DNA of 64,000 nucleotides, from positions 1-64,000 of IMG/VR virus record IMGVR_UViG_3300042890_004141. One strand, 5' to 3'. A program made the translations under genes and the position numbers. The notes below the pieces were generated by a model. It did no database searches. It was given only the letters and a program-made list of their open reading frames with translations, and was not told the origin of the DNA. Source of the stretch: an uncultured virus (IMG/VR IMGVR_UViG_3300042890_004141). Lineage: Duplodnaviria > Heunggongvirae > Uroviricota > Caudoviricetes. This document shows, one piece after another, positions 54,583-64,000 of the stretch. The first letter of the stretch is position 1. Each line of letters starts with the position of its first letter.

Positions 54583-56442
54583 TTAGAATACTAATTCAGG
54601 ATTGTCACTAATAGGAGCATTTCCTGTAAAGTTAGTTGGACCGCCAGTAGGCTCAGGTGTTTTAATTGTTTTTATAGGATAATCATTACCACTACTATTA
54701 GCTAAAGATATAAATTGTTGGTCACCATAAGCATTAGCAAATCCTACAGAATTATCAGTGCTGAAATCTTCAGTTGCTCTATTTGAAAAAGTTAATGATT
54801 GTTTAGATGGAATAAAGTTTTGAATAGGTATAAAGTTAAAAGATGAAACTCGTATAATATGAGGCATTTGTTTAACACTATCATCTACACCTCCATTTGT
54901 ATCAATTCCTATTTCCCATGGTGAATCATCCTGAATATCATAAGTTAAACTAGTTATAATGCCGGGTTGTTCATAAACATATCCTCCAACAGTTAATTGG
55001 ACTATATTTCCTCTCATATACCCCTGAGGACTATAATCAGGAGCAGTTGTTGAAGCTAAATAGTTTAATTTTTTATACATGGGTATAAGCTCTTGTTTTG
55101 ATTGAGCTGCTACTGTCCAAGATAATGTAATAGTTCTAGTAAACCCATTGTAGGTGTAAAAATTTTCTCCTCTTCCTAAATATCTAAACGGTGACCATTC
55201 TGCTTGGTATGAATCAGACATCCCACCTAAAAATGCTCTAAAGTGTAAAAAAGTTTTAAACGTTGGTTCATTATTATCAATAACCGCTATTCTAAAATTA
55301 ACTAAATCATCTAAATTAGAATCTGTACTTGCTTCTTGACTTCGATAAATAGGAACAGAATTAATTTTATCTAATCCAGGTTGAAAAGATCCAAGATTGG
55401 TTGCTCCGGGTGATGTAATACTTACTCCAGTGTATGATAAACCATCAGTATAATTAGCATAGCTTTTACCGGATCGTCGACCTGGTTGGCCTAAGTTAGT
55501 TCTTAGGTCATAATTTTGGGTTTGATAATCAGGAGCTAAAGGAGTGGCTCCACTTTCTGTAGATGTTCTACCATTTTGTTTTAAATCTCCTATTTGATTT
55601 CTTAAAATTTTTCTAAAATCTTGAATTTCTGGAGATGATTTGCTGCCGTTAGGTGTACTTAAAGAATTAGGTTGGGGTCCAGTTTGTAAAAGAGGAAAAG
55701 GAACAGTTGAAGGAGCAAAAGGTTTACTAATTAATGTAGAATTATAAACCCAAGTATCATTATTAAAATAGGAATTTTTACTAGGTTGAGATAAAAAGGT
55801 TTTAGATGTTTTAGAATATCTTATGTTTGTATTTCCTATTCCTAAATTTGAACCTGGTCCTCCAGTGTAAGTCATTACATCTGGTCCATTATTAAGGATT
55901 ATATTATTATTGGTTTTTGATGATTGTAAGATATTAGCATCTAATAAATTAATTAATCTATTAGTATTTGTTTTTGGATTTGCTACTGTTGGAGTTACTC
56001 TAACATCATATAAATTTTCATTGTTAGCAAAAGCACCAGTTCCAGCAGACGGATTTCTACCTTGTTTATTTAAATGTCCACCAAAAGCAACAACACCTGT
56101 TTGTGCTAATGTATTTAGCGGTGAATAAGCACCTTCATTTAATATACTGCTTGTTTGTGTACGAACAGCAGTACGAGATAATAATTGTTGTTTAGCTGTA
56201 AATAAGATACCGTTTGGTGATTTGGTATCTCTAAACATTTTAGTTAAACGTTCAACATCCGCGGCTGTATCTCTAACAGCATTAATACCACCTCTTAATA
56301 AGAAATCAGTTGTACCTATATAAGGACCAATCCTATCAGGAATGGGAGTGGTAATATATGGTTGCCCACTATTACCTCCATTGACCCTGTCATTCCCATA
56401 CCGTAGGGACTTAAGATCCGTTTTTAGGTTTATTAATCCCAT
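54583..56442 (-). CDS. tail tube initiator / baseplate protein
   Basis: FRAFL..MSDSY.AEW...GRGE.FYTY.GFTR; between TMP and the LysM-like gene. Confidence 0.65.
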   Translation of the reverse strand: MGLINLKTDLKSLRYGNDRVNGGNSGQPYITTPIPDRIGPYIGTTDFLLRGGINAVRDTAADVERLTKMFRDTKSPNGILFTAKQQLLSRTAVRTQTSSILNEGAYSPLNTLAQTGVVAFGGHLNKQGRNPSAGTGAFANNENLYDVRVTPTVANPKTNTNRLINLLDANILQSSKTNNNIILNNGPDVMTYTGGPGSNLGIGNTNIRYSKTSKTFLSQPSKNSYFNNDTWVYNSTLISKPFAPSTVPFPLLQTGPQPNSLSTPNGSKSSPEIQDFRKILRNQIGDLKQNGRTSTESGATPLAPDYQTQNYDLRTNLGQPGRRSGKSYANYTDGLSYTGVSITSPGATNLGSFQPGLDKINSVPIYRSQEASTDSNLDDLVNFRIAVIDNNEPTFKTFLHFRAFLGGMSDSYQAEWSPFRYLGRGENFYTYNGFTRTITLSWTVAAQSKQELIPMYKKLNYLASTTAPDYSPQGYMRGNIVQLTVGGYVYEQPGIITSLTYDIQDDSPWEIGIDTNGGVDDSVKQMPHIIRVSSFNFIPIQNFIPSKQSLTFSNRATEDFSTDNSVGFANAYGDQQFISLANSSGNDYPIKTIKTPEPTGGPTNFTGNAPISDNPELVF

Positions 56443-56687
56443 TAACGAGGAGGATTATCTAAATATTTGTTAGGGGTTCTACCGTCTAAATCTAATTGAG
56501 ATTTAGCTAAACTTTCTTGATATTTAGAGGATCTATCATAAGCTAAAGGTTTTTTACCATCTAAATCTAATTGAGATGCAGCTAAACCTTTTGGGTAATT
56601 AGAAGCCCCACTAAATTTTTCAGGAGTACCTCCGTCTAAATTTGTTAGGTTTGATCCTTGAGTTTGTAGTTTGTTTAAGAGATCCAT
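56442..56687 (-). CDS. small structural protein with internal repeats
   Basis: SQLDLDG twice plus TNLDGGTP. Confidence 0.7.
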   Translation of the reverse strand: MDLLNKLQTQGSNLTNLDGGTPEKFSGASNYPKGLAASQLDLDGKKPLAYDRSSKYQESLAKSQLDLDGRTPNKYLDNPPR

Positions 56688-56708
56688 AGTTTTATTTTAT
56701 TATACATA

Positions 56709-59078
56709 TTAACTTGTAACACCTTCATTTAAAGCATAAGTACCCATAGATGTTGCTGTGTTTAATTCTGTTGTTCCTAAGTATATTTTAGGCATTGATT
56801 GTTTTGAAGATATAGCTATAAGCTCTTTAAGTAGGGTAACCATTTCATCTGTTCTGCCTAATTTAGTACCACCAGCTCCTACTACTGTGTCTTCAGGAAG
56901 AGATTTAATAACATAATCTTTAACAGGAATAACACCTTCCTTAATAGCTTGTTTATCAATAATATCTCCCAGAAAACCACTCATTGCAAAATTACCACCT
57001 GAAAGAGCAGTGTTTATAGCTGTTCTTTTTTCGGTTGGTTTATAATTTTTATTATAATTTTCATCAGCTGCTTTTTTTCTTTTAAAATAATTTTCTGCTT
57101 CTTCTAATTTAGTTAATTCTTGAGGAGATAAATCCGCTTTTTTAACACCTTCTGTTTTTACTCTTTCATTGAACATTGCTATAGTTTGTTTAGCTTCTTG
57201 TTCTTTTCTTTTTTCTAGAGCTTTTGAAAATCGTTCAGGTAGTGAAAAAATAGACCCACCTTCAGATAAAGCATCTGCTAAAGCTTTTAAAGCAGTTATT
57301 AATTTATCTAAAGTACCACCAGTGACTAAATCAGTAAATACTTCTTTAGCTTGATCTAAAGCTAAATTAAATTTTTCTTGAGCATCTAATCGTGTATTAG
57401 CAGCTTTAATATCATCTTGCGTTAGTTTACCTTCAGCTAATTTTTGGGCTAGTCTTTCTTGTCCTGCTTCTATAAACCTATCATATTGTTCTTTTTGATT
57501 TTGTTCTATTAATTTTTCTTGTATAAGAACATCAGCTAATTCATCACCAGTCATACCAACAGCTTTAGCTAAAGCTCTTTGTTGTATAGGTAATAACTTT
57601 TGAAATTCAGCTAATCCACCTACATTTTCAAGAGCGGCTTTAGTAGCACCTACATAATCTCCTTGTAAAGCTAAAGCTCTAGCTCTATCTAAATTTAAAT
57701 CCTTGCCAGTTAATAATTCTGCTTCTAATTCAGCTGAAATTGATTCTTCAAAATTAAGTAATGAATCTGTTACTCCTTTAGTTTTTTCTAAAGAAGTGCC
57801 TAATTTATTAGCTTCTAATGTTGCTTGAAATAATGCTTTAGAACTTCCTTTAAAAGATACTAATAATTGACCACTAACTTTTGAAGCTTGACTTAATATT
57901 TTTTGAGCACTAAATAAATATTTATTTTGATTAGCATATTGAGCTACTGTGTTATAAGCAGTATCTAAAGCATCTGTGTTTTTCTCATTATTTACTTCAA
58001 AAATTTTATTTAAACTAGTAGCTTCATCAACTGATAATTTTAGTTCTTTGGTTAAAATAATTTGAGCATCTATTGCTTCTTTAGAATAAAAACTAGATAA
58101 AGCAGATAATTCTGAAAGTTCAGCTTGGGCTTGGTATATTTCTTTAGTAAGTTTAAATTGGGTTTCAAGGCTACTTTTTATAGACTTAAAATAAGTATCA
58201 ACACCTTGAGCTTCTTCTTTAGTTATTTGAAGATTTCTTGATAAAGAAGTAATTCGTTTATCAGCATCAAACATAACCCCAACAAGCATTTGAATTGCTT
58301 TAGCTATTCCTGCTATAATTGCTAATGGACCTAATCCACTAAAAGCAGACGATAATCCTTTCCCTAATATTTCAAAACTACCTTTACCTTGTTTAGCAAG
58401 GTCTCTCATATCTTCTTTAGCATCATCAATGTTTAATATATCTCCTAAAATAGGAATTTTCTTTAAACCATCTAATGCTTTACCAGCTAAACCAATTTGT
58501 TTTTCAATCTTTTTTTCTTCAATTAATCTTTCTTTAGTTTTATTATTTATCCTATCAATAATTCCAAATTGATCTAAATAACCTCTTAAAATAGCTGCTT
58601 CTTCTTCAGATAAATCTTGAGTATTTTTTATTGCTTCTTCTGTTAAATCAGTAATTTTATATTTTATTTGGATTGATTTAGCAGCATCTACTAATTCTTC
58701 TTTATTGATTTTAAGTTTTTTCTGAAGTCTTTCAAGATCTTTTTTAGATAATTCACTTAATCCTTTTTCATCATACTTTAATCTGTTTGTAATATCAGCT
58801 ATATTTTTAAAGGCTTTATTTGCTTTACTAGTAGTTGAACCCCAGTTACCCATTTCTTTTACAATACCTTCAAGTTCACCCTGTAAGTTTCCAAAAGTAT
58901 TATCTAATTTAGCTGCTTCATCTTTAAGATCTTTTACAGCTCTACCTATTACTCTAATTTGTGACTCAACTTGTTTTAAATTAGATGTATCAATATTAAA
59001 TTCATACTTAGTTTTACTAAGTTTTTCATACTCAGCTATTAACTTTTCTAATTGTTTTATCTTTTTGTCGTCAGTCAT
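56709..59078 (-). CDS. tape measure protein
   Basis: Long helical Ala/Leu/Lys-rich protein; LLNFEESISAELEAELLTGK; downstream of the chaperone. Confidence 0.75.
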   Translation of the reverse strand: MTDDKKIKQLEKLIAEYEKLSKTKYEFNIDTSNLKQVESQIRVIGRAVKDLKDEAAKLDNTFGNLQGELEGIVKEMGNWGSTTSKANKAFKNIADITNRLKYDEKGLSELSKKDLERLQKKLKINKEELVDAAKSIQIKYKITDLTEEAIKNTQDLSEEEAAILRGYLDQFGIIDRINNKTKERLIEEKKIEKQIGLAGKALDGLKKIPILGDILNIDDAKEDMRDLAKQGKGSFEILGKGLSSAFSGLGPLAIIAGIAKAIQMLVGVMFDADKRITSLSRNLQITKEEAQGVDTYFKSIKSSLETQFKLTKEIYQAQAELSELSALSSFYSKEAIDAQIILTKELKLSVDEATSLNKIFEVNNEKNTDALDTAYNTVAQYANQNKYLFSAQKILSQASKVSGQLLVSFKGSSKALFQATLEANKLGTSLEKTKGVTDSLLNFEESISAELEAELLTGKDLNLDRARALALQGDYVGATKAALENVGGLAEFQKLLPIQQRALAKAVGMTGDELADVLIQEKLIEQNQKEQYDRFIEAGQERLAQKLAEGKLTQDDIKAANTRLDAQEKFNLALDQAKEVFTDLVTGGTLDKLITALKALADALSEGGSIFSLPERFSKALEKRKEQEAKQTIAMFNERVKTEGVKKADLSPQELTKLEEAENYFKRKKAADENYNKNYKPTEKRTAINTALSGGNFAMSGFLGDIIDKQAIKEGVIPVKDYVIKSLPEDTVVGAGGTKLGRTDEMVTLLKELIAISSKQSMPKIYLGTTELNTATSMGTYALNEGVTS

Positions 59079-59110
59079 TTAAAATAGTTTATTATAAATA
59101 TGAAAAGGCA

Positions 59111-59395
59111 TCATTTTTTAGATGCCTTTGTTACATATGTAGGTACTTGTACTTGTTTATTTTTAGATGCTTCTTCTTTTACACTACCTTGAGTCCAACT
59201 ATCTTCATTTTTAGTATTAGTTGATTGGTGATAATATTCTTTTAATCTATTAAATGTATAATTACGTAACCAAATGGGCATGTTATAAATAACATCATAA
59301 CTATAGCCACCTTGACCATGGAATACTATTTCATGAATTTGATTAAAAATAGTTAATCTAAATTCAGCAGTATTGTTAAATGTCAGGCCAAAAAA
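59111..59395 (-). CDS. tail assembly chaperone extension (frameshift product, GT-like)
   Basis: Overlaps the upstream ORF at a T7 run in the +1 frame; IHEIVFHG..GY..DVIYNMPIWLR. Confidence 0.6.
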   Translation of the reverse strand, partial: FFGLTFNNTAEFRLTIFNQIHEIVFHGQGGYSYDVIYNMPIWLRNYTFNRLKEYYHQSTNTKNEDSWTQGSVKEEASKNKQVQVPTYVTKASKK

Positions 59396-60107
59396 AGTTA
59401 AGATTAATAGGAATGTCGATGTCCTCCTCAACACCATCAATCATTACTTTAGCTATTAAATCAACATCAGGAGATATCATTTTTATATATGCTCTTAAGG
59501 CACGTGAGTCTGAGGCTAGTAAATAATTATCAACAAAATCTTTAATAGCTGTTTTATCCTCACTACCATCAACAGAAATAATTTGGTATTTTAATCTTGT
59601 TGTAACATCTGTTGAAGATTCTCTATTAATCTTTTTTAAACCTTCAATTTCTTGTTTAATTTTTTCCTCGTCTTTTTCATTTAAAAGTTTAAACTCTAAC
59701 TTAGTTCCTGATGTAGGGAGAGTAAATGTAAAAGTGCCTTTACTAGATACTAAGGAATCATTAAATAATTTATTTTCTAAAGTAGATAAATCAACAGTAT
59801 GTTCTTTTCCACCATAAGTAAATGAATATTCTTTACCATAACCTAAAACACGAGAAGCTACTAAGATAGCATTTTTATCACCAGTGATTAGGTCTTTAAT
59901 ATCAAATTTACCTAGTGTTAGTGATTCTAATAATTTATCTAACACAATACCTTTTGAAATAAAGTTTTGGTTTGATAAAATATCTTCTTCTTTTGCGGTC
60001 ATGTACTTCATTTCTACTTTACCGCTTCTTAAAATGTGGCCTTCCGGGTAAACTAATCCTTTGGAGGGCAATTCTACAACTTCTGTTGGAAACTTAAATT
60101 CGCTCAT
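59376..60107 (-). CDS. tail/baseplate assembly chaperone (T4 gp26-like)
   Basis: VELPSKG..YP, MTAKEEDIL, GDKNAIL..R..GYG, FFWP; between tube and TMP. Confidence 0.78.
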   Translation of the reverse strand: MSEFKFPTEVVELPSKGLVYPEGHILRSGKVEMKYMTAKEEDILSNQNFISKGIVLDKLLESLTLGKFDIKDLITGDKNAILVASRVLGYGKEYSFTYGGKEHTVDLSTLENKLFNDSLVSSKGTFTFTLPTSGTKLEFKLLNEKDEEKIKQEIEGLKKINRESSTDVTTRLKYQIISVDGSEDKTAIKDFVDNYLLASDSRALRAYIKMISPDVDLIAKVMIDGVEEDIDIPINLNFFWPDI

Positions 60108-60133
60108 AAACTTATTTTGTTATAAATATTAAT

Positions 60134-60169
60134 AAAAAAAAGAAGCTCGCAAAAAATGCGAGCTCTTTT
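60134..60169 (-). terminator. intrinsic terminator after the tail tube gene
   Basis: AGCTCGC / GCGAGCT stem followed by a T-run on the minus strand. Confidence 0.75.
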
Positions 60170-60188
60170 AATCTTATTTTTACTATTA

Positions 60189-60677
60189 TTAGAAATTTAA
60201 CACACAGTAATCAGGTTGAACAGTCATTGTAATGTTAACAGCAGTATCAACAGTATCCCAACTGTAATCACCGAAGTTAGCATCTGTGATTAAAGCACCT
60301 TTAATAATCCATTCTGATACGATATCGCCTACAGGTCCTAATACATCGAAAGTTAAGTCTTTCTTGTAGAAATCACTATAACCATCACGACCAGTTACTG
60401 ATTCGTGGTGTAAACGTACCCATTCCATTACAGCCTGAGCTCCTGAAGGAGTAATAGGATCGAATAATGTAAATTGGATAGTACCCCAAGTGGTTTTACC
60501 TTTTACAAAGCGTTGAACGTTTATATGGTTTAAAGGAACAGTACCTTGAGTTAATGTGACTGCACCAACACCTTTAATCTCATACGCTGGTATACCGTCA
60601 ATATACATAATGAATCGGTTTGCCTGTTTGGGTTCAAAGGCTGTGAAAAATATTTCGTTTGGATCTAATACTGCCAT
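60189..60677 (-). CDS. tail tube protein (T4 gp19-like)
   Basis: FEPK..NRF, GKTTW, EW, YKKD...LGP.G..V.EW..KGA. Confidence 0.88.
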   Translation of the reverse strand: MAVLDPNEIFFTAFEPKQANRFIMYIDGIPAYEIKGVGAVTLTQGTVPLNHINVQRFVKGKTTWGTIQFTLFDPITPSGAQAVMEWVRLHHESVTGRDGYSDFYKKDLTFDVLGPVGDIVSEWIIKGALITDANFGDYSWDTVDTAVNITMTVQPDYCVLNF

Positions 60678-60723
60678 TTTATTTATTTATTTGTTTTGTT
60701 ATAAATATTCTGTTTTTAAAAAA

Positions 60724-62481
60724 TTACGCTGGGAAAGTTGCTCCAGTAGGTAAGATGTTGAAATCCAAGTAAATGAATTCAGCTGTCTTAGTCGGCTGTA
60801 AGTAAATTTGACCAACCAATTGGTTTCTATCAATTACATCAGGAGTGTTATTGCTATCATCCATTACTACTTTAAAAGCATACAAACCTTGACGTTGTTG
60901 AACTGATTCCAAATATGGGTTAACTTGGTTCAAGAAACTAGTACGAGTAGCAATTGTGTTCTGTTCAAATACCAAGTTTTGAGCAACTTGAGAAATGTAA
61001 GATTTAAGAGCAATTAACAAACGACGAACGTTTACACGATCCAAAGCGCTAGCTTTAGTTTGTAATGTTTTTTGTCCGTAAACTACAACTCCAGTTCCGG
61101 GGAAAGTAGCAATTGGGTTAACTTTATTTTGATATAAAGTGTCGCGTTGTGATTGAGTCAATTTCTTTTCAGCTCTTACCACTGTGCTTAAACCACCTCT
61201 GTTAATACCTGCAGGTGCAAACCAAGGCTCTGATACTGTATCATTGTAAGCATAAACACCACCAACCATAGTTGAAGCTGGTACCCAAACCAATTGAGCA
61301 GAATCTGGATCAACTGTTTGAACCCAAGGCCAGTATGAAGCAGCGTATGAAGTATTTTTAGCGTTAGCAGCTGAGGTAGCATCATTAACACTTGAACTAA
61401 AAGGTACTAAATCAGTTACATAAATAGCATCTCCACGATTTTGAGTGTTACTAATGATTGATGTTACTTGGGAAGCACCAATAGTAGCTGTATTAGCAAA
61501 TAAACCAGGAGTTAACAATACATTGTATCTGTAGTCATCAGCATTAGCCATCAAACTAATCATATCACTGTAATCGCTGCCTGTTAAACCTTGAGTGTTA
61601 GTTGAAGCAACATCAATGTTATTATAATAATCAGCGCCTGAACCGAATAAATCACCAACAGCACCTATGAATGATCCACTTGCGTTAGCTGGAAGAGATC
61701 CGGTTAATGTTGATTTAGCTATACCGTTATTATCAAAATAGAATGGTGTAGGAGTTTTAACACTTTGTACATACACGTATCTTGAATTGTTAGGATAGTC
61801 TCCAGTGATTGAAATTTGGTTATCTACAGAATTGTAAGATTTTACTTGGTTACCAATTATTCTAGATACGAAATTAGGAGCGGTTGGGTCCATTGATAAG
61901 TTAGTCCAACTTTCTAATACAGTAATGTTATTTGTAGTGTCATCACCTTGACGAATAAACAAACTAAAAGTACCGTTAGCGGTATCTTGGTTTGCAATTT
62001 GCCATCTGATATTATCAGCTGAACCTGAAGCTGTTAATGATCCACTAGCATCTAATGAGCAAGAACTGTTCATTAATTTACCTTGTGAAATAGTATTTAA
62101 TACTAAAGCTTCAGCTGCTGAGGCTGAGTTTAAAATAGATACTCCACCACCTGATCCACCAGTTACTGAACCTGTAGCGGTTGTAGCTGAAGTGAATGAA
62201 CCACTCACTACTCGTGATACCAACAATGTCTCTCCACCGTTATTAAAATAGTTGAAAGCAGCAATTGAGGTGAAATAAGTGTAAACTTGGCTAGCACTTA
62301 AAAAAGTAGTACCAAATTTATTCTGATAATCACTGTATGAAGTAACGATTGTAGGAATTTCTACAGGGCCTTTAACAGTAGGACCAATAAGAGCGGCTCC
62401 TACAGTTACTGGCTGTTGGGTGATAAATGACTGATCGTTTTCAAGTGCGAGTACGCCAGGGGATATTAAAGTTTCTGCCAT
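60724..62481 (-). CDS. tail sheath protein
   Basis: SPGV..E.D, WFAPAG..RG, VNPIA.FP, GQKTL, RVNVRRL, P...AEFI. Confidence 0.95.
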   Translation of the reverse strand: MAETLISPGVLALENDQSFITQQPVTVGAALIGPTVKGPVEIPTIVTSYSDYQNKFGTTFLSASQVYTYFTSIAAFNYFNNGGETLLVSRVVSGSFTSATTATGSVTGGSGGGVSILNSASAAEALVLNTISQGKLMNSSCSLDASGSLTASGSADNIRWQIANQDTANGTFSLFIRQGDDTTNNITVLESWTNLSMDPTAPNFVSRIIGNQVKSYNSVDNQISITGDYPNNSRYVYVQSVKTPTPFYFDNNGIAKSTLTGSLPANASGSFIGAVGDLFGSGADYYNNIDVASTNTQGLTGSDYSDMISLMANADDYRYNVLLTPGLFANTATIGASQVTSIISNTQNRGDAIYVTDLVPFSSSVNDATSAANAKNTSYAASYWPWVQTVDPDSAQLVWVPASTMVGGVYAYNDTVSEPWFAPAGINRGGLSTVVRAEKKLTQSQRDTLYQNKVNPIATFPGTGVVVYGQKTLQTKASALDRVNVRRLLIALKSYISQVAQNLVFEQNTIATRTSFLNQVNPYLESVQQRQGLYAFKVVMDDSNNTPDVIDRNQLVGQIYLQPTKTAEFIYLDFNILPTGATFPA

Positions 62482-62504
62482 GTTTTAAAAATTAATGATT
62501 TTTA

Positions 62505-62526
62505 TTCTATGATAAATATCATAGAA
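62505..62526 (-). promoter_or_regulatory. hairpin overlapping putative late promoter upstream of sheath
   Basis: TTCTATGAT / ATCATAGAA inverted repeat containing ATATTTAT. Confidence 0.5.
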
Positions 62527-62536
62527 AAAATCAAAA

Positions 62537-62788
62537 TTAACCCACTACAGTAATTTCTCCCTTGTCCAAATCTATACTTCCGTTACCGTACTTAGATTGA
62601 AGAGTATTGTTTAATGTAGCTTCTGAGTTCATAACTTCTACTAAAAGATTAGTTAATGTTTCTTTTTGTAAAGTTAATTCTTGGATTCTTATTTCAATAA
62701 AACCAAAATCAGCCATTAACTGTTCTCTTTTCACTTTTAAATCCTTAATTGCTTGGATTTCTTCTTGTTCTAAAACTTTTGTTTCCAT
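62537..62788 (-). CDS. small coiled-coil protein
   Basis: KYGNGSIDLDKGEI C-terminus. Confidence 0.7.
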   Translation of the reverse strand: METKVLEQEEIQAIKDLKVKREQLMADFGFIEIRIQELTLQKETLTNLLVEVMNSEATLNNTLQSKYGNGSIDLDKGEITVVG

Positions 62789-62798
62789 ATGTTATTTT

Positions 62799-63575
62799 TT
62801 AAATATAAGTTCCAATAAATGTAAAATCAACACCACCAGGAGCAGCACTTTCAAAAGTAATTGATGTATTATTACTTGTAAGAGCGGTCACCACTTGATT
62901 AGATTGAGATACTGCTAATCCTAAAAATAAATTTTGATTTAATGTTTTGCCAGTTAAATCAACTGGGCTTACAGTTACTACAGCCTGATATGGAGGGGTT
63001 GTTGATGTTTTACCAGCTCCAGCAAACATTTTTAATATACCAGCTACTGCTACTACTGAACCACTAGGTACATAATAACTTGTATTACCTAAAGTTGAAG
63101 TAGATGTATCTGAAGTAGCAGCTGATACAGCATTAGAGGCTGAAACAGCATAAGAAGCAGTTCCTGCTACACTACCAGATAATGAACCTGTAATAGAGGT
63201 AAATTTACCTACTGAGCCTGAAACTGTCATTCCGCCTAGTCCACCTAGCACATTAAGAGAAGGATTGTAGTAAGGACCGTTAGTACCATCCGCTGCTAAT
63301 TGATAATAATCATCTAAAGCAGCTGTTGAGTTTTTAAATACTAATGTATATTCATTGTTTGTAGAAGCATTACTAGCTACAAATATTTTACTAGAAGAAA
63401 CAGCATTAGTAAAAAAACCACTACCTGTAGTCGCTCCAGAGAATGCAAATGAACCAGATAATGTTATGGCGTATCCCTCAGTACCAGTAAATGCGTCAAC
63501 TGATTGAGTTACTTGTCCGGGTAATATAACATTACCGTTAGATATACCTGATGTAGAGAGGGTTTTTAATGCCAT
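62799..63575 (-). CDS. Ser/Thr/Gly-rich virion structural protein (fibre-like)
   Basis: SGSLSGS, TASYA repeats; ATATTTAT upstream. Confidence 0.65.
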   Translation of the reverse strand: MALKTLSTSGISNGNVILPGQVTQSVDAFTGTEGYAITLSGSFAFSGATTGSGFFTNAVSSSKIFVASNASTNNEYTLVFKNSTAALDDYYQLAADGTNGPYYNPSLNVLGGLGGMTVSGSVGKFTSITGSLSGSVAGTASYAVSASNAVSAATSDTSTSTLGNTSYYVPSGSVVAVAGILKMFAGAGKTSTTPPYQAVVTVSPVDLTGKTLNQNLFLGLAVSQSNQVVTALTSNNTSITFESAAPGGVDFTFIGTYI

Positions 63576-63612
63576 ATGTTAATAAATATATGTTTTTTAG
63601 TTAAGTTTTAAA

Positions 63613-63999
63613 TTATAGTCCGAATCTTCCTTTGGTTGCATTATAGTTTTGAGCTATTTCGGTTGCAGATAATGCTCTGTTGTATATTCTAAAAGCAGCC
63701 ATCTTATTAGGAGCTTTATCATAAGAGGGTGTTGTAACTGCAGAAAGCTGGTAAGCGTTTCCGGTCATTAATTCAAATGTAGAAGCTATATTCATAGTAC
63801 TTGCTTGTTGAACTCCGTTAACAAACATTTTTACAGTAGTGCCGTCATAAGTCATACTGTATAGTTTAAAAGTTGCTGAAGGATTTAGTAAGTCTGAAGT
63901 AATTTCTGAATAACCAGCTCCGGGATTAATAGCTATCCTAAATCTAGCAGAAGACGTGTTCCCTACAAGGCCTATAAACGTGTTTCCACTCATTACCAA
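63613..63999 (-). CDS. LamG/concanavalin A-like domain protein (partial, 5' end outside window)
   Basis: TYDGTTVKMFVNG...FRIYNRALSATEI..NY. Confidence 0.85.
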   Translation of the reverse strand: MVMSGNTFIGLVGNTSSARFRIAINPGAGYSEITSDLLNPSATFKLYSMTYDGTTVKMFVNGVQQASTMNIASTFELMTGNAYQLSAVTTPSYDKAPNKMAAFRIYNRALSATEIAQNYNATKGRFGL

Positions 64000-64000
64000 A

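Noticed and set aside
24062..61391. Nested minus-strand ORFs 24062..24301, 30511..30696, 49727..49963, 61188..61391
   Set aside because: They are alternate frames within or largely overlapping RFC, PolB, PolA-like and sheath genes, with no motifs or slippery-site support.
1815..62864. All plus-strand ORFs in the track (e.g. 1815..2033, 3540..3887, 41319..41714, 62607..62864)
   Set aside because: They are antisense shadows of well-supported minus-strand genes and have no recognisable motifs.
1..64000. Stop-codon reassignment
   Set aside because: Core genes are full length under the standard code, and TAA, TAG and TGA all terminate genes at sensible positions.
1..64000. tRNA, rRNA or large ncRNA genes
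   Set aside because: Intergenic gaps are short or filled by small ORFs, and no cloverleaf was recognised by eye; tRNAscan-SE/Infernal would be needed to exclude them formally.

Overview
64 kb segment of a large, AT-rich, T4-like (contractile-tailed) dsDNA phage genome. Essentially all genes are on the minus strand and use the standard code. The host is inferred to be Bacteroidota, from TTTGG-N19-TATATTTA promoters, the near absence of Shine-Dalgarno sites and a T9SS-CTD-like protein. In transcription order (right to left) the window holds: (i) a tail module (sheath, tube, chaperone with a probable +1/-2 frameshift, tape measure, baseplate, CHAP-bearing hub); (ii) replication and recombination genes (short PolA-like, gp32-like SSB, RecA/UvsX, 5'-3' exonuclease, helicase, class II RNR); (iii) a 7-deazaguanine DNA-modification cluster (DpdA/TGT-like, QueC, QueD, QueE, FolE, with a PRTase, a hotdog thioesterase and two thioredoxins); (iv) a homing endonuclease and a tandem array of six short paralogous genes joined by near-identical Shine-Dalgarno-bearing junction repeats; (v) dUTPase/dCTP deaminase, PolB, clamp, GroES/GroEL, clamp loaders and a Cas4-like nuclease; (vi) a ~7.6 kb glycosyltransferase cluster; (vii) a lytic transglycosylase, many small genes, a secreted-protein island, thyA and a second homing endonuclease. 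The most notable observations are the repeat-junction cassette array, an orphaned thyA C-terminus (and possibly a folE one) left downstream of an endonuclease insertion, hairpins with a promoter in the loop upstream of both endonucleases, and the atypical deazaguanine cluster. All calls come from reading motifs by eye; no database search was run.
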